Source of the DNA: a virus
Taxonomy: Duplodnaviria > Caudoviricetes
Reading direction: 5' to 3' (one strand)
Virus record (IMG/VR): IMGVR_UViG_3300025137_000038
Location: 1-60,197 of that record
DNA length: 60,197 nucleotides
Shown here: one piece after another, positions 8,827 to 19,019 of the stretch
Numbering within the stretch: position 1 is the first letter of the stretch
Layout: each line of letters begins with the position of its first letter
Made by a program: the position numbers and the translations under genes
The notes under the pieces: model-generated
What the model was told of the DNA's origin: nothing
What the model saw: the letters and a program-made list of their open reading frames with translations, nothing else
Databases searched by the model: none

Positions 8827-9195
8827 TTAAACCAAAATGTTACGGGCGATAGTCTGACTTGGTGTCTTGTTTCTATTAAAACCTAAAATACTTGTATTAG
8901 CTCTTGTTTGATTTATTAATGAAACTAATGCCTGTTGAATATCTGTTAATGCATAATCTGTAAAGTCGTCAATTAAATCCATTGGCGATACATTGTGCAA
9001 GTTGGAAAGTGACATGACTGTACCTGTTAAACCGTCAGCGACAGTTTCGTTATCGTTTGTTTTTCTTAGAAAGAAACCTCTAACTGCATCATATTCGTTA
9101 GCATTAACAACTGATGAGTCAGTTGGTGCATCATACTGATTAAAAAATTCAGTAGTAGCATTTGGTTTATTGCTTTTTGGTAAGTTAGTTGCCAT
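8827..9195 (-). CDS. Hypothetical protein
   Basis: 122-aa ORF abutting its neighbours in the tail/head operon. Confidence 0.65.
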   Translation of the reverse strand: MATNLPKSNKPNATTEFFNQYDAPTDSSVVNANEYDAVRGFFLRKTNDNETVADGLTGTVMSLSNLHNVSPMDLIDDFTDYALTDIQQALVSLINQTRANTSILGFNRNKTPSQTIARNILV

Positions 9196-9196
9196 T

Positions 9197-10630
9197 TTAT
9201 GTTATTTCCGATCCACCTTTTTTATAGTAACTAGAACTATTACTAATATTACTATAACTTGGTTTTGGCGGATCCATATGTGGATTAGTTGTTAAGTTAG
9301 CGCCAACACCTGTAGGTTTTAATTGACTAAAGTCAATGTTTGCCATTTCTTTTTGAGCTTGAGCTAAATCAGAGTTAAACTGATTTTGAAATTCTGCTGA
9401 GTTTACATGAGTACTTATGTTATTTAAACCAGGACCAAATAAACTTTGTAAACTTGCTGGAACATTCTTTGAAATTCCACCTGTCATTGCTCCAACTCCA
9501 CTTACAAGACTTTGTAAGTTTGCACCAGCACCGCCTGCCATTGCGGCTAGTTTGGAACTAATAGGTGCCATACCAACAGTTGATCCATTACTTGTAACAG
9601 ATCTGTTAGATGCTCCAGTTGAAATTGCATTTACTTTAGGCACTTGTGGTAAAGGATTGCCTTGTGAAGATTTACTATTTGGAAAACTAAAGTCTCCAAT
9701 TGGATTTTGTCCTCTTAAGGCATTCATCGCCGCACCTGTAAGTTCTGATTTTAACATACTTTTTAAGTTAGCACCTTTTAAGTTTCCTGCTCCACGTAAT
9801 CCTGTAACAACTGCACCTGCAATATTACCACCGGCTAAATCGGCTCCAATACTACCTACTGCATCTACTAAACCGCCTGGGCCTAATATACTTGTTGTTC
9901 CGCCACCTTGTGGTGTTAATGGGCTAGGTGCTTTATCATAATGTGTTGTACCAAATCCTTGTGGACCATCTCCATCGATAAGTCCTGATTTGTATTTCAC
10001 TGTTTCAAATCTTACTGACATTCTATGTTCTAGTATACCAGTACTATCTGAATAATCGTGATTGTCATGATCAAAAGTTTCAATTATTGGATTAACTAAC
10101 CAATACTCTGTATACTTCTTTTGATATAAACTATAAATTTTTATTGCGTTAAAAAAGGGTTGTGTGTTTCTGTCTAAACCCCATTGACGAGCATTATCCA
10201 TCATTGGTAGATAAGTGTCTTTATAATTGTATGTGCCACTTGATTCGTATTGTGGATCATTGTTGTAGTAGGCATAGTAGGCATACCACATATTTCTTAT
10301 TACATCACTGTTGTCGTCATGAAAGACAATGTTGCAAGGACCATAATTAATTCTATTGTGATGGTATCTTTTTCTATTGTATTGGTTGTGTTCAACCACA
10401 TCGAAGTTATACTTAGGCAAGTCAACATTTTTAACTAAAAAACTTGCTTCTAAGTTCTCACTTCCACTAAATGAAAATCCAAGTCCAGGGTTGACTTGAA
10501 AGACCACGTGAAAGAGGAATTTATGTTTGGGTGAAAGTCTGTAATTCCCGTCGACGAACGTTCGCGATGCGTGTCTAAAATCGCGAACATTATCACCGGT
10601 TGCAAGAGCTTTTAAAAAAGAATTAATCAC
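9197..10630 (-). CDS. Tail tube-like protein (gp19/gp54 paralog) with low-complexity C-terminus
   Basis: LVKNVDLPKY...NQYNRK...YGPCNIVFHDD tube-fold pattern; directly downstream of the tail tube gene; GTG start. Confidence 0.6.
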   Translation of the reverse strand: MINSFLKALATGDNVRDFRHASRTFVDGNYRLSPKHKFLFHVVFQVNPGLGFSFSGSENLEASFLVKNVDLPKYNFDVVEHNQYNRKRYHHNRINYGPCNIVFHDDNSDVIRNMWYAYYAYYNNDPQYESSGTYNYKDTYLPMMDNARQWGLDRNTQPFFNAIKIYSLYQKKYTEYWLVNPIIETFDHDNHDYSDSTGILEHRMSVRFETVKYKSGLIDGDGPQGFGTTHYDKAPSPLTPQGGGTTSILGPGGLVDAVGSIGADLAGGNIAGAVVTGLRGAGNLKGANLKSMLKSELTGAAMNALRGQNPIGDFSFPNSKSSQGNPLPQVPKVNAISTGASNRSVTSNGSTVGMAPISSKLAAMAGGAGANLQSLVSGVGAMTGGISKNVPASLQSLFGPGLNNISTHVNSAEFQNQFNSDLAQAQKEMANIDFSQLKPTGVGANLTTNPHMDPPKPSYSNISNSSSYYKKGGSEIT

Positions 10631-10657
10631 AGGGTTGTAACTCCTATTTGGATATTA

Positions 10658-11275
10658 TTAGCCTGTCACTACCTCACCAATAGTTCTAGCCACTGTAGTT
10701 CCTACGCCTGCTCCTAATGGAGTTTGAACTGCGTTATCAAAACGTATAGCCATTGTAACTGTTGCTGGTTCTGAAGTTGCATAGTTCAAGTCGTTGTAGT
10801 TAACGTTAGTAATCATACAACCGTATAATTCCCAAGTTTCTAGTGTATTTGGTGTACTTGCTCCGTTACCACCATCTAATACTTCACATCTAGTAATGAA
10901 TTTGTAATCAATACCTGATGCCGCAGATGATTGTTCCATCATATCGAATTGTTTCTGTAGTTGTTCTCCAACTAGTTTAGAAACTTGACCTGATGCATCA
11001 TCACGCATATTAACTGTGGCTTGCTCCCAAGTGTGTTTTCCTTGGATATAAACTTTACTGTTGTAAATATCAATCGGCACTTCTTCAAAGTTAACTGAAG
11101 GGCGAGTGAAATCCACAACTTGTTTTGTTAGTTCACTTCTAGGAGTTGAAACACCGAAGTTTTCGAAACTCACTCTGAAGCGATACTTTAATTTTGGCAT
11201 TAACAGCCCTTGAGCTGATGCGGATTGATCCGACGCTAAAGGTACTGTAAATTTGCTTAATGAACTTACTGACAT
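10658..11275 (-). CDS. gp19: Tail tube protein (gp19-like)
   Basis: 205 aa directly after the sheath gene; KYRFRV...GKHTWE...WELYGC...IRFD pattern. Confidence 0.85.
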   Translation of the reverse strand: MSVSSLSKFTVPLASDQSASAQGLLMPKLKYRFRVSFENFGVSTPRSELTKQVVDFTRPSVNFEEVPIDIYNSKVYIQGKHTWEQATVNMRDDASGQVSKLVGEQLQKQFDMMEQSSAASGIDYKFITRCEVLDGGNGASTPNTLETWELYGCMITNVNYNDLNYATSEPATVTMAIRFDNAVQTPLGAGVGTTVARTIGEVVTG

Positions 11276-11300
11276 AATTTTTTGCTCCTGCTCTTATTAA

Positions 11301-11308
11301 TATTTAGT
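11301..11308 (-). promoter_or_regulatory. Late promoter box ACTAAATA
   Basis: Upstream of the tail tube gene, followed by RBS AGGAG. Confidence 0.65.
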
Positions 11309-11342
11309 CGCTTATTTTACCCTGTTCCTAATAAGGCTCTAC

Positions 11343-14300
11343 TTAAATAGAGCCTGTATTTTGGATACGAACTGGAATATAAATGTATTCAACCGCTTTA
11401 ACTGGTTCAATAGCAATATCTATATACAATTCATTACGGTCAATTCTATCATTAGTGTTATTTGTTTCATCACAAACAACCGCATAATCATATAGACCAC
11501 GTTTCGCAACTAAATCATTCATTAATGATTCAACTACTTGCTTAACTTCATCACGTGTTAGTTTATCGTTAGGTTCAAACACAAATGGTTTTGTTATAAC
11601 TGCTAAACGTTCACGAATGTAAGCCGTAAGTCTTGAAACGTTAATACGATCTAAAGCACTTGCAGTAGCCGTTCTAGTTTTGTTACCGTAGTTTAGTACT
11701 CCGTTACCTGGTAAGAATGTAATTGGGTTAATACTGTTTTCGTATAAAGTATCTCTTAAAGATTCTCTAACTCCAACACTAGTAAATTCACCAGTTGCAC
11801 TATCTAGGTAACCTAATCCTGTTGCATTGTCAACAACACCACGTCTTGTACCTGCTGGTGCAAACCATGGATAACTAGCATCATCTGAACGAATTAATGT
11901 TCTTAGCATCATATGACTTGATGGTACCATAATACTTGATCCACCTAAGTCTGTTGTAATACCACTTGGGTAAAATACACCTAAGTAAGTATCAGCAGTT
12001 ACTAATCCATCGTCATTGTTGTCTGTTGCTAGTTTAGTGTTAGTAGCCCAGTTCTGAATATCAGTACTGTTTGCCGCTAATCTAAATGGCGTCTCACCAA
12101 TTACAAAACCGGTGTTACGTCTGTCGTTGTTAAGTGCAACCATGTTAGCCATTAATTCTGGGTAACCTGGTGTTGCCATTACGTTAAAGTTTCTTTGCTC
12201 TTCACGTAACTCTGCACTTGTATCTATTGCACTCTTCATCGCCGCTACAACTACTTGACGTACTGCGTGTCTACCCATGAATGGAGAACCATCATTTTGT
12301 AAACCTGCTTTACTTACCCATGCATCTTTTTCCGTTGGTAATGTTTTACCTGGGAAGTTTGTTGAGTTAAAGTAATCTCTCTTAAACTCTTTTACATTGT
12401 AAGAACTACGTCTTGTGTTGAATAATAACATACCACGTGGGTAGTTAGATGCTAGTGGTACGTCTAAATCAACTACATCATTTGTTAATAATGATTTAAC
12501 TGTTTTAACTGTTCCTGTAATTACATCGGTAGTTGTATCACCCATGTAACGTGCATCAGCGAATAAAACGCCATCTTCACTTGTTTGGTCTGTGTTATCT
12601 ATTGTAACCCACACATCTTCACTTGATACTTGTTCCCATCTTTTAATAATTGGGAAGTTTTCTAAATCACTTGTATCAATCCAAAGGTCTCCATAAACTA
12701 GTGCAGACGCATCTGACTGTTGAGTTGGTGCAGTTGCACTAACTATTGGACCATTTGGACTTGTGTTTGATAGGTTAAACCCTCTAGCATCAGTTGTTAC
12801 ATTTTGGTAACCTTTCCAAGTAGTACCATTATGGATCATAATGTCAATTTCGTCTGTAACATTGTGGAACCATAATCTACCTTCTGCTGGGTTAGTTGAA
12901 GGTTCTATGTTGCCAGCAGTATAAACTAACTGTTGCCAGTTACTTGCTACTAGGTTTCCAGCAGTTGAGCCTTCTCTAATGTATGTGTTTGCAGTTGTAA
13001 ATCCTGCAGTTGCTAAAGGTGTACCACTTGTATTTGCAAGTGACATTGTTCCACCTAATGAGTGTGTTATAGTAAGTGTTCCTGTACTATCATGTGTAGC
13101 AGAAACGTAAGGTATTGCCGCAGTATTGATGTCATTAACTAGTGATGCATTTGTTGTTCCTGTTGCAGTAATCGTGTATACTGTTACAGTGTTTGCACCT
13201 TTAGTTGTAGCACCTATTGTAAATGCGTTACCAACTGAGTAAGTTGGGCTTGTTGCCGTTCCTGTAACTACAGTTGCACCTTTTACTTTTCTTTCATATA
13301 CTTTATATAATGTGAATCCGCTTGAATTTGTAAATGCGTGTGCATAAACTGTACCCGCTTCAATATTCAAACCACCACCTACTGAATCTAAACCATATAA
13401 TGCATATCTGTCTCCTCGATATACATTAACTGTTTTAGCAACAAACTTGGCTAAAGTTGTACTGTAAGAACTTACATCAAACTTTGCTCCGTTATTAGGT
13501 GAAGTTGTTTTAATCCAAACACTGCCGCTTGGCGCCGCGTCAGCATCTGCTGTTTTAAACTCCGGTACTTCAGTGTGAGGTGCCTGAACTACTTTAATAA
13601 CGTTTGTTGTTGCGGCTGTTAAGCCTACATCAGTTAATAATGAACCACTTGCGTTTGCAATAACAATTTGATTGCTTGCCGCAGTACTGGCTCCATAAAT
13701 TTCAATTTTACCGTTTACTAATGCCGCAGTTACACCTGTAATTGAAGCACCATTAATGTCTGCCGCAAATTGTGTAAATGTTGTACCAGTTGAAGAAACT
13801 GCAACACCGTTAATTGTGATGCTATCTCCGTTTGAAACAGTTCCGTTTGATACTGTACCTGTTACTGAAGGAATTGACGTATGCCAATTAGTTGTTCCTA
13901 ATGCTTTCCAACCTGATGCAGTTCTTACTGCTACAGTATTACTTGTTGTAGTAGCGTCAACTGAGTAGTCACCTGCTTTACCAATTGAAGCAATTGGTAC
14001 ACCGGCTGATACTTTAGTAGAATCAGTAATAACTGTTGGTACTTTATTAGTAAATGTTTGTGTACTTGCATTCCATTCAAAAATACCCCATTTAGTTTTA
14101 CTAGTGTCTAACCAGTGAGTACCGTTAACTGGTCTAGCAGTTGGTCTTCCTGATTGTCCTACTAGTTCTCCTAAATCAACATCTGCTCTTACAACGTATG
14201 TTCTGTTACTTGCACCTAAAAGTGAGTAACCTGCCATTAAGCCATATTCGTTTAATTCATAGCCGTGTAGTGCAGTACCTGATGTACTTTTGTAGAATGT

Positions 14301-14519
14301 AGGTTCGCCAAAAGTAGAAACAAGTTCTCTTTGGGAGCCGATTAAATAAGTTTTTTCTGCATTTATTTTTGCAGATCCACTGGCTGTTCCGCCTGTTGTG
14401 GGATCTTTCTTGTCTTGAGCCGTAGCAATAACTAACATAGGGACAGTACCGACTGCGGTACTGGCGTACTGTGATTCGTCTACTACTTTAACCTCAATAC
14501 CTGGTGAGACTAGCGCCAT
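11343..14519 (-). CDS. gp18: Tail sheath protein (gp18-like), enlarged
   Basis: N-terminal LVSPGIEVKVVDES; C-terminal WFAPAGTRRG, DRINVSRL, FEPND, CDETNN, EPVKAVEYIYI. Confidence 0.95.
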   Translation of the reverse strand: MALVSPGIEVKVVDESQYASTAVGTVPMLVIATAQDKKDPTTGGTASGSAKINAEKTYLIGSQRELVSTFGEPTFYKSTSGTALHGYELNEYGLMAGYSLLGASNRTYVVRADVDLGELVGQSGRPTARPVNGTHWLDTSKTKWGIFEWNASTQTFTNKVPTVITDSTKVSAGVPIASIGKAGDYSVDATTTSNTVAVRTASGWKALGTTNWHTSIPSVTGTVSNGTVSNGDSITINGVAVSSTGTTFTQFAADINGASITGVTAALVNGKIEIYGASTAASNQIVIANASGSLLTDVGLTAATTNVIKVVQAPHTEVPEFKTADADAAPSGSVWIKTTSPNNGAKFDVSSYSTTLAKFVAKTVNVYRGDRYALYGLDSVGGGLNIEAGTVYAHAFTNSSGFTLYKVYERKVKGATVVTGTATSPTYSVGNAFTIGATTKGANTVTVYTITATGTTNASLVNDINTAAIPYVSATHDSTGTLTITHSLGGTMSLANTSGTPLATAGFTTANTYIREGSTAGNLVASNWQQLVYTAGNIEPSTNPAEGRLWFHNVTDEIDIMIHNGTTWKGYQNVTTDARGFNLSNTSPNGPIVSATAPTQQSDASALVYGDLWIDTSDLENFPIIKRWEQVSSEDVWVTIDNTDQTSEDGVLFADARYMGDTTTDVITGTVKTVKSLLTNDVVDLDVPLASNYPRGMLLFNTRRSSYNVKEFKRDYFNSTNFPGKTLPTEKDAWVSKAGLQNDGSPFMGRHAVRQVVVAAMKSAIDTSAELREEQRNFNVMATPGYPELMANMVALNNDRRNTGFVIGETPFRLAANSTDIQNWATNTKLATDNNDDGLVTADTYLGVFYPSGITTDLGGSSIMVPSSHMMLRTLIRSDDASYPWFAPAGTRRGVVDNATGLGYLDSATGEFTSVGVRESLRDTLYENSINPITFLPGNGVLNYGNKTRTATASALDRINVSRLTAYIRERLAVITKPFVFEPNDKLTRDEVKQVVESLMNDLVAKRGLYDYAVVCDETNNTNDRIDRNELYIDIAIEPVKAVEYIYIPVRIQNTGSI

Positions 14520-14576
14520 AATTTTTTACCTCGCATAATTATAATTCGTGTAATTCATATTACAAGTTTGTTATAG

Positions 14577-14584
14577 TATTTAGT
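14577..14584 (-). promoter_or_regulatory. Late promoter box ACTAAATA (sheath)
   Basis: TAAATACTA upstream of the sheath gene. Confidence 0.65.
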
Positions 14585-14643
14585 AAAAAACTTGGAAAAG
14601 GGCCTTTTTGCCACCAGGAATCACATCACCTTTAAAGAGCGGT

Positions 14644-14651
14644 CATAAATA
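14644..14651 (+). promoter_or_regulatory. Late promoter box CATAAATA (predicted leaderless transcript)
   Basis: CATAAATA-TTATT-ATG at 14657. Confidence 0.6.
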
Positions 14652-14656
14652 TTATT

Positions 14657-15004
14657 ATGAAAACTAGACCCATTTGTGCTAAATGTAAGAAGAAACCTAG
14701 TGCTATAAATTATAGAAAAGGTGAAAAGGTATACTACCGTCGTATGTGTGATAGTTGCAACCGCAACTTTGTACGAAAACCTAAACTAACAGTATGGGCG
14801 AAAGCAGGATATAAAAAGAAAACTCAATGTGAAAATTGTGGTTTTAACGCAAAGTACTATGACCAGATAGAGGTGTATTTTATTGATGGTAACTTAATTA
14901 ACATCAAACATAGTAATCTTAAATCTGTGTGTTTAAATTGTTTATCTGAGTTAGGACACTCAGGTTGGAACTCTAAGAAAGGTGATCTAATACCTGACGT
15001 TTAA
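14657..15004 (+). CDS. Zn-binding HNH-like protein with degenerate active site
   Basis: Four CxxC pairs; EVYFIDGNLINIKHSNLKSVCLNC mirrors the HNH core xHHxDGxxxNNxxxNLxxLCxNCH but lacks the His residues. Confidence 0.6.
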   Translation: MKTRPICAKCKKKPSAINYRKGEKVYYRRMCDSCNRNFVRKPKLTVWAKAGYKKKTQCENCGFNAKYYDQIEVYFIDGNLINIKHSNLKSVCLNCLSELGHSGWNSKKGDLIPDV

Positions 15005-15608
15005 GGTCTTCTAAGGTTGCATCATTTTCAATAATAGTATCAAATTTTCTATCTTCATCAACCCAACGCCATTCACTTTCGTGTACATCAGGAAATACTA
15101 CACTCATCGAATGTACATTATTTTGTATACTGTCATAATTCTGATTAACACCTATAGCCGTTGCCCACCACAAAGGTTTTTCACCTCTTCGTACTTGCCA
15201 TACTTTTCCACCTAACTCACTTATAGTTGAAACTTCGTTTGGAAAACGTACATCTGGTACTACCCAATTTTTATCAGGATTTGCAAGTATTTTTTGTTTA
15301 ACAAGGCTTACCCAAATACCGTCAAAGAATCCTTGACGCATACATTCTGTACCAAATAATTGTAAAACTAACCTAGGTGTTATTTCTTTACCAGTTTCAT
15401 TAGACCAGAAATCATCTTGTTTTTCTCTCCAATCTCTACTCTCTTTAGTGTCACCTTCAAGCATTTTACGATCCCAGTTGAATATAGTTGATACACCGTC
15501 TTTTAACGAGTCAGCAAAACTTATCTTTTTAAAGCCATGCTCTTTCGTTAGTATGTCGGCAACTGTACCTTTTCCAGACCCGATGAGTCCGCATATTCCT
15601 ATTATCAT
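14973..15608 (-). CDS. gp1: Deoxynucleoside monophosphate kinase (T4 gp1-like)
   Basis: IIGICGLIGSGKGT P-loop; SFADSLK; PRLVLQLFGTE; DVRFPNE; HESE. Confidence 0.9.
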   Translation of the reverse strand: MIIGICGLIGSGKGTVADILTKEHGFKKISFADSLKDGVSTIFNWDRKMLEGDTKESRDWREKQDDFWSNETGKEITPRLVLQLFGTECMRQGFFDGIWVSLVKQKILANPDKNWVVPDVRFPNEVSTISELGGKVWQVRRGEKPLWWATAIGVNQNYDSIQNNVHSMSVVFPDVHESEWRWVDEDRKFDTIIENDATLEDLKRQVLDHLS

Positions 15609-15632
15609 AATTTACCTATTAGTGGTTAGTGT

Positions 15633-16382
15633 TTAGCCAATTACCCAAGTCATCGGCATTTGGCTGTCTGTTAAATTATACAGGTCTTGCTCGAGTTTGT
15701 CAAGCTCTGTTTGTGCCTCTGCCTTTAGGGCATCACCGTTAAGTGATGTACCGCCTTGTGGACCAGCGATAGTGGCGAATTTTGATCTTGCTTCACCTAG
15801 CATATATTTACAACGTGCAAGTGTGTAGTCATATAGCCAACTTTTACAACGATTATCTGTTAATAATGTTACGTCTGGCTTTTCGTTGTATAACCAAAGA
15901 AGTACATTTTCACCTGTATTACGAACTTTTCTAACAATCGTTAGTTTTTTACTTACAGGTTCAAATGTAAAATTAATGTAACCACCAAACATTCTAGCCG
16001 TTAATTCTTGGTATTGAGAAAACATTTCGTAAGAAGCAAGTCCGCCAATTCTACCTGCTTGTAGTAGATAAGTGTTAACGTATCCTGCTTCGAATGGTTC
16101 AAATAATGAACCACTTGCAGTTCCGCCTGTACTTCTACGAAAAACTTCTCTGACTGTTTGTACTTGGTCAGGTAGGATATATTCTTGTTGTTCTTTAACT
16201 AATTCTAAAATTCCGTAACTTTCCTCGACAGCATTACTACTCTTTTGACGATAAACGTCAAACGATTTTTGTAATGATATCTCGTAATGATTAGGGTCAA
16301 GTTCAACATCCACCATGCCTCCGCCTAAACTAGCCTTGACATAATCGAATACTTTATTTTTTTCTGTTGCTAAATCCGCCAT
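15633..16382 (-). CDS. gp13: Neck protein (gp13-like)
   Basis: LGGGMVDVEL; WLYDYTLARCKYMLGEARSKF...GGTSLNG. Confidence 0.85.
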   Translation of the reverse strand: MADLATEKNKVFDYVKASLGGGMVDVELDPNHYEISLQKSFDVYRQKSSNAVEESYGILELVKEQQEYILPDQVQTVREVFRRSTGGTASGSLFEPFEAGYVNTYLLQAGRIGGLASYEMFSQYQELTARMFGGYINFTFEPVSKKLTIVRKVRNTGENVLLWLYNEKPDVTLLTDNRCKSWLYDYTLARCKYMLGEARSKFATIAGPQGGTSLNGDALKAEAQTELDKLEQDLYNLTDSQMPMTWVIG

Positions 16383-16402
16383 TGAATACTTCCTTATTAC
16401 TA

Positions 16403-17692
16403 CTATTTAGCAACTTTCAGTAGGATTGTCTGTTCATTAATTCTACCGTTCATTTTAATGTCTACTGCTTTAATCTCTTCTAGATACTTGCGTAATTGTA
16501 TCTTTCCAGCACTTTTAAACGTCGCTAGTTGCTCTTTAGGCTTACGTAGGGTCTTTTGTACACTCTCATCACTAAAGCCCGTTATAGTAGTTCCTTTAAT
16601 ACTTAAACCACTACCTTCACGTTCTTGTCCTGATGGGTCTATATTGTTTGCTATATACCTTCCTAGTTTACGAGTCTTTGTATTATAAATCCAAAGTTCA
16701 CTAGAGCCAATAATATCAATAGGAGGAATACTAACTAGTCCATAGTCTGCAAATTCTTTTTGATACTTAATTTTAGTAACTAGTTTTTCTTTTACTACTG
16801 GTTTCTTTTTACGTGGCTTACGTTCTGCTTTACCATGCTCAATTAACATTTGACAAGCCATGTCAATTGCTTTATAAATTTCATGCATCTTAGTTTTATC
16901 TTTTGGAGTTAAATTACTATATGCTTCTATAAGTTGATCATACCATTCGTCGTCTTCTTTTTTAGGGCCAATTAACTCTTCCATCTCTGATAAGTTATCT
17001 TTGTATTGGTCTCTAATAATTTTTGCATGGGCAGGTTTACATCCTTGTTTACGGAGTATACTTAAAGGACTAAACTTTTTTAAATCAAATTTTTGTAGGT
17101 CAGCAATAGCATCATCTATTCCTTCTTCTATTTCATCTGTTAAATTTAGTGCCGCAATTCTCAACCTATCTTGAATTGTTAAAACTGGTCCACCTGTTAG
17201 TTTAACTTTTTGTTCTACTTCAAATCCTCGTTTTTTCAAAACTACTTTTCCTAAAACAATATTCTCGTCAATAATCTTTCGAACAAATTCATCTGCTGAA
17301 CTTTGTCCTCCCATAACACCTGGCAGTGTTTCTAAATATGCATCATAGTTTGGATGGGTGTCTGGCATACCTCTTAAAAATGCACAACATAATCCACAAA
17401 CTGTAATACTAGTTCTCCATACTTCAATAGCATTAATGGCTTTTATATCTTCTGCTTTATATCCATTTGCTTTCATCCATTCACGAACTTTTGGAATTAA
17501 GTCCTTTGATGTGTAAAAATGATTGTAATATGTGCTTACTCTAGTTCGTTCTTTATGAAACTTCTCAATAGTCCATGACTGCCAGTCTTCCCATACGGGC
17601 TCTGGTCCAGTGTATTGTTCATCAGCAAAACGTGGTGACCTGACTTTTGCTGGCTTTCTGCGTGGTAATTTCATAGACATTCCTTTAGCCAA
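16403..17692 (-). CDS. Hypothetical protein under a sigma70-type promoter
   Basis: 429-aa ORF, TTG start with GGAG RBS; basic C-terminus SIKGTTITGF...QKTLRKP...NGRIN. Confidence 0.7.
   Translation of the reverse strand: MAKGMSMKLPRRKPAKVRSPRFADEQYTGPEPVWEDWQSWTIEKFHKERTRVSTYYNHFYTSKDLIPKVREWMKANGYKAEDIKAINAIEVWRTSITVCGLCCAFLRGMPDTHPNYDAYLETLPGVMGGQSSADEFVRKIIDENIVLGKVVLKKRGFEVEQKVKLTGGPVLTIQDRLRIAALNLTDEIEEGIDDAIADLQKFDLKKFSPLSILRKQGCKPAHAKIIRDQYKDNLSEMEELIGPKKEDDEWYDQLIEAYSNLTPKDKTKMHEIYKAIDMACQMLIEHGKAERKPRKKKPVVKEKLVTKIKYQKEFADYGLVSIPPIDIIGSSELWIYNTKTRKLGRYIANNIDPSGQEREGSGLSIKGTTITGFSDESVQKTLRKPKEQLATFKSAGKIQLRKYLEEIKAVDIKMNGRINEQTILLKVAK
16404..16411 (-). promoter_or_regulatory. Late promoter box GCTAAATA (gp13)
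   Basis: Overlaps the GCT AAA TAG end of the upstream gene. Confidence 0.6.
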
Positions 17693-17732
17693 TTTACTCT
17701 CCTGTATGCCTTTATATATGCGAATATAATTA

Positions 17733-17760
17733 AATATACAGTGTTTTAGTAATTTGTCAA
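17733..17760 (-). promoter_or_regulatory. Sigma70-type promoter
   Basis: TTGACA-16 nt-TATATT upstream of the 429-aa gene. Confidence 0.6.
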
Positions 17761-17794
17761 CCTTTTTTGGTATATTAGTAAGGAAAATTATTTA

Positions 17795-17802
17795 TATAAA
17801 TA
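17795..17802 (+). promoter_or_regulatory. Late promoter TATAAATA (gp14/gp15)
   Basis: Exact T4 late consensus 20 nt upstream of the gp14 ATG; RBS GAGG. Confidence 0.75.
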
Positions 17803-17822
17803 CTACAAAGAGGTTATAACTA

Positions 17823-19019
17823 ATGCCAAGATTATCCATGTGGAAGCCCGAGAAAGGGCAAGACTACAACTTTTTCGACAACAGGATTCGTGAAATGTTT
17901 ACTGTCGGTGGTACCGGTGTCAACATTCATAAATTCCTAGGTGCCGATACGGCTAATAACGACGGCACGGATAAATCACAACCTAGTTATGCTACACAAT
18001 CAGAACAAAATATACAAGATTTACTGTTTTTAGAGAACAGAGACCGTAAGTATGATACGTCAGTTTACGAGTTAAGAGGTATCTATAATGTTGCAGATAT
18101 AGACTTTGATCTAACACAATTTGGTTTATTTTTGCAAAATGATACACTTTTTATTACGTTCCATATGAACGATATGTTAGAAGGATTAGGTAGAAAACTT
18201 ATTAATGGTGACGTATTAGAACTACCTCATATGAGAGATTTTTACCCGCTAGACTCGGCACTGCCGGCGGCACTAAGACGTTATTATGTTGTACAAGATG
18301 GTAACAGAGCCGCTGAAGGATTTAGTCCAACATGGTATCCGCACTTGTGGAGAGTTAAGTGTACACCACTTGTTGACTCACAAGAATACAGATCAATATT
18401 TGACCAAACTGCCAAAAAACAAGATGGTTCAGATGTTTCTGGAAGTGATAATAAGTTAAGAGATTTATTAAGTACATACAAACAAGAAATTGAAATTAAC
18501 ACTGCAATAATTGAACAAGCAGAAAAAGATGTTCCAAAAAGTGGTTACGATACAAGTTCATTTTTTGTTGTACCTACAAACCCAGACGGTACTCCGGCTG
18601 ACAATGAAGAAGATAGTGCAGATACAACAACTGTAGGAGCAAGTAGTACACTTGTTACTGCTGACGAAATTCCTATAACTCCTAGTCAAGAAGGTTACAC
18701 TGGAACTGGAAGTATGACAGGTGACGGCGTGGCTCCAAATGGCTATCCTGTTACACCTGCAACTGCTTTCCCAAGTGGTGCAAGTATAGGAGACTTTGTA
18801 TTGAGATTAGATTATAAACCAAATCGTTTATTTAGATATGACGGCAAACGTTGGGTTAAAGTTGAAGATGCAGTTCGTACAAGTACAACAGGCGGAAGTG
18901 GAACTACACAAAAAGATAGATTTATTAATAATACTAGTACATACGTCGACGAAGACGGCACAACTAAAAAAGTTAGGCAGACACTTAAAGATGCATTAAC
19001 ACCAGAGGCAGATGACTAA
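17823..19019 (+). CDS. gp14: Neck protein (gp14-like) with C-terminal extension
   Basis: DLLFLENRDRKY...DLTQFGLF...GDVLELP head-closure pattern; position between gp13 and gp15. Confidence 0.7.
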   Translation: MPRLSMWKPEKGQDYNFFDNRIREMFTVGGTGVNIHKFLGADTANNDGTDKSQPSYATQSEQNIQDLLFLENRDRKYDTSVYELRGIYNVADIDFDLTQFGLFLQNDTLFITFHMNDMLEGLGRKLINGDVLELPHMRDFYPLDSALPAALRRYYVVQDGNRAAEGFSPTWYPHLWRVKCTPLVDSQEYRSIFDQTAKKQDGSDVSGSDNKLRDLLSTYKQEIEINTAIIEQAEKDVPKSGYDTSSFFVVPTNPDGTPADNEEDSADTTTVGASSTLVTADEIPITPSQEGYTGTGSMTGDGVAPNGYPVTPATAFPSGASIGDFVLRLDYKPNRLFRYDGKRWVKVEDAVRTSTTGGSGTTQKDRFINNTSTYVDEDGTTKKVRQTLKDALTPEADD

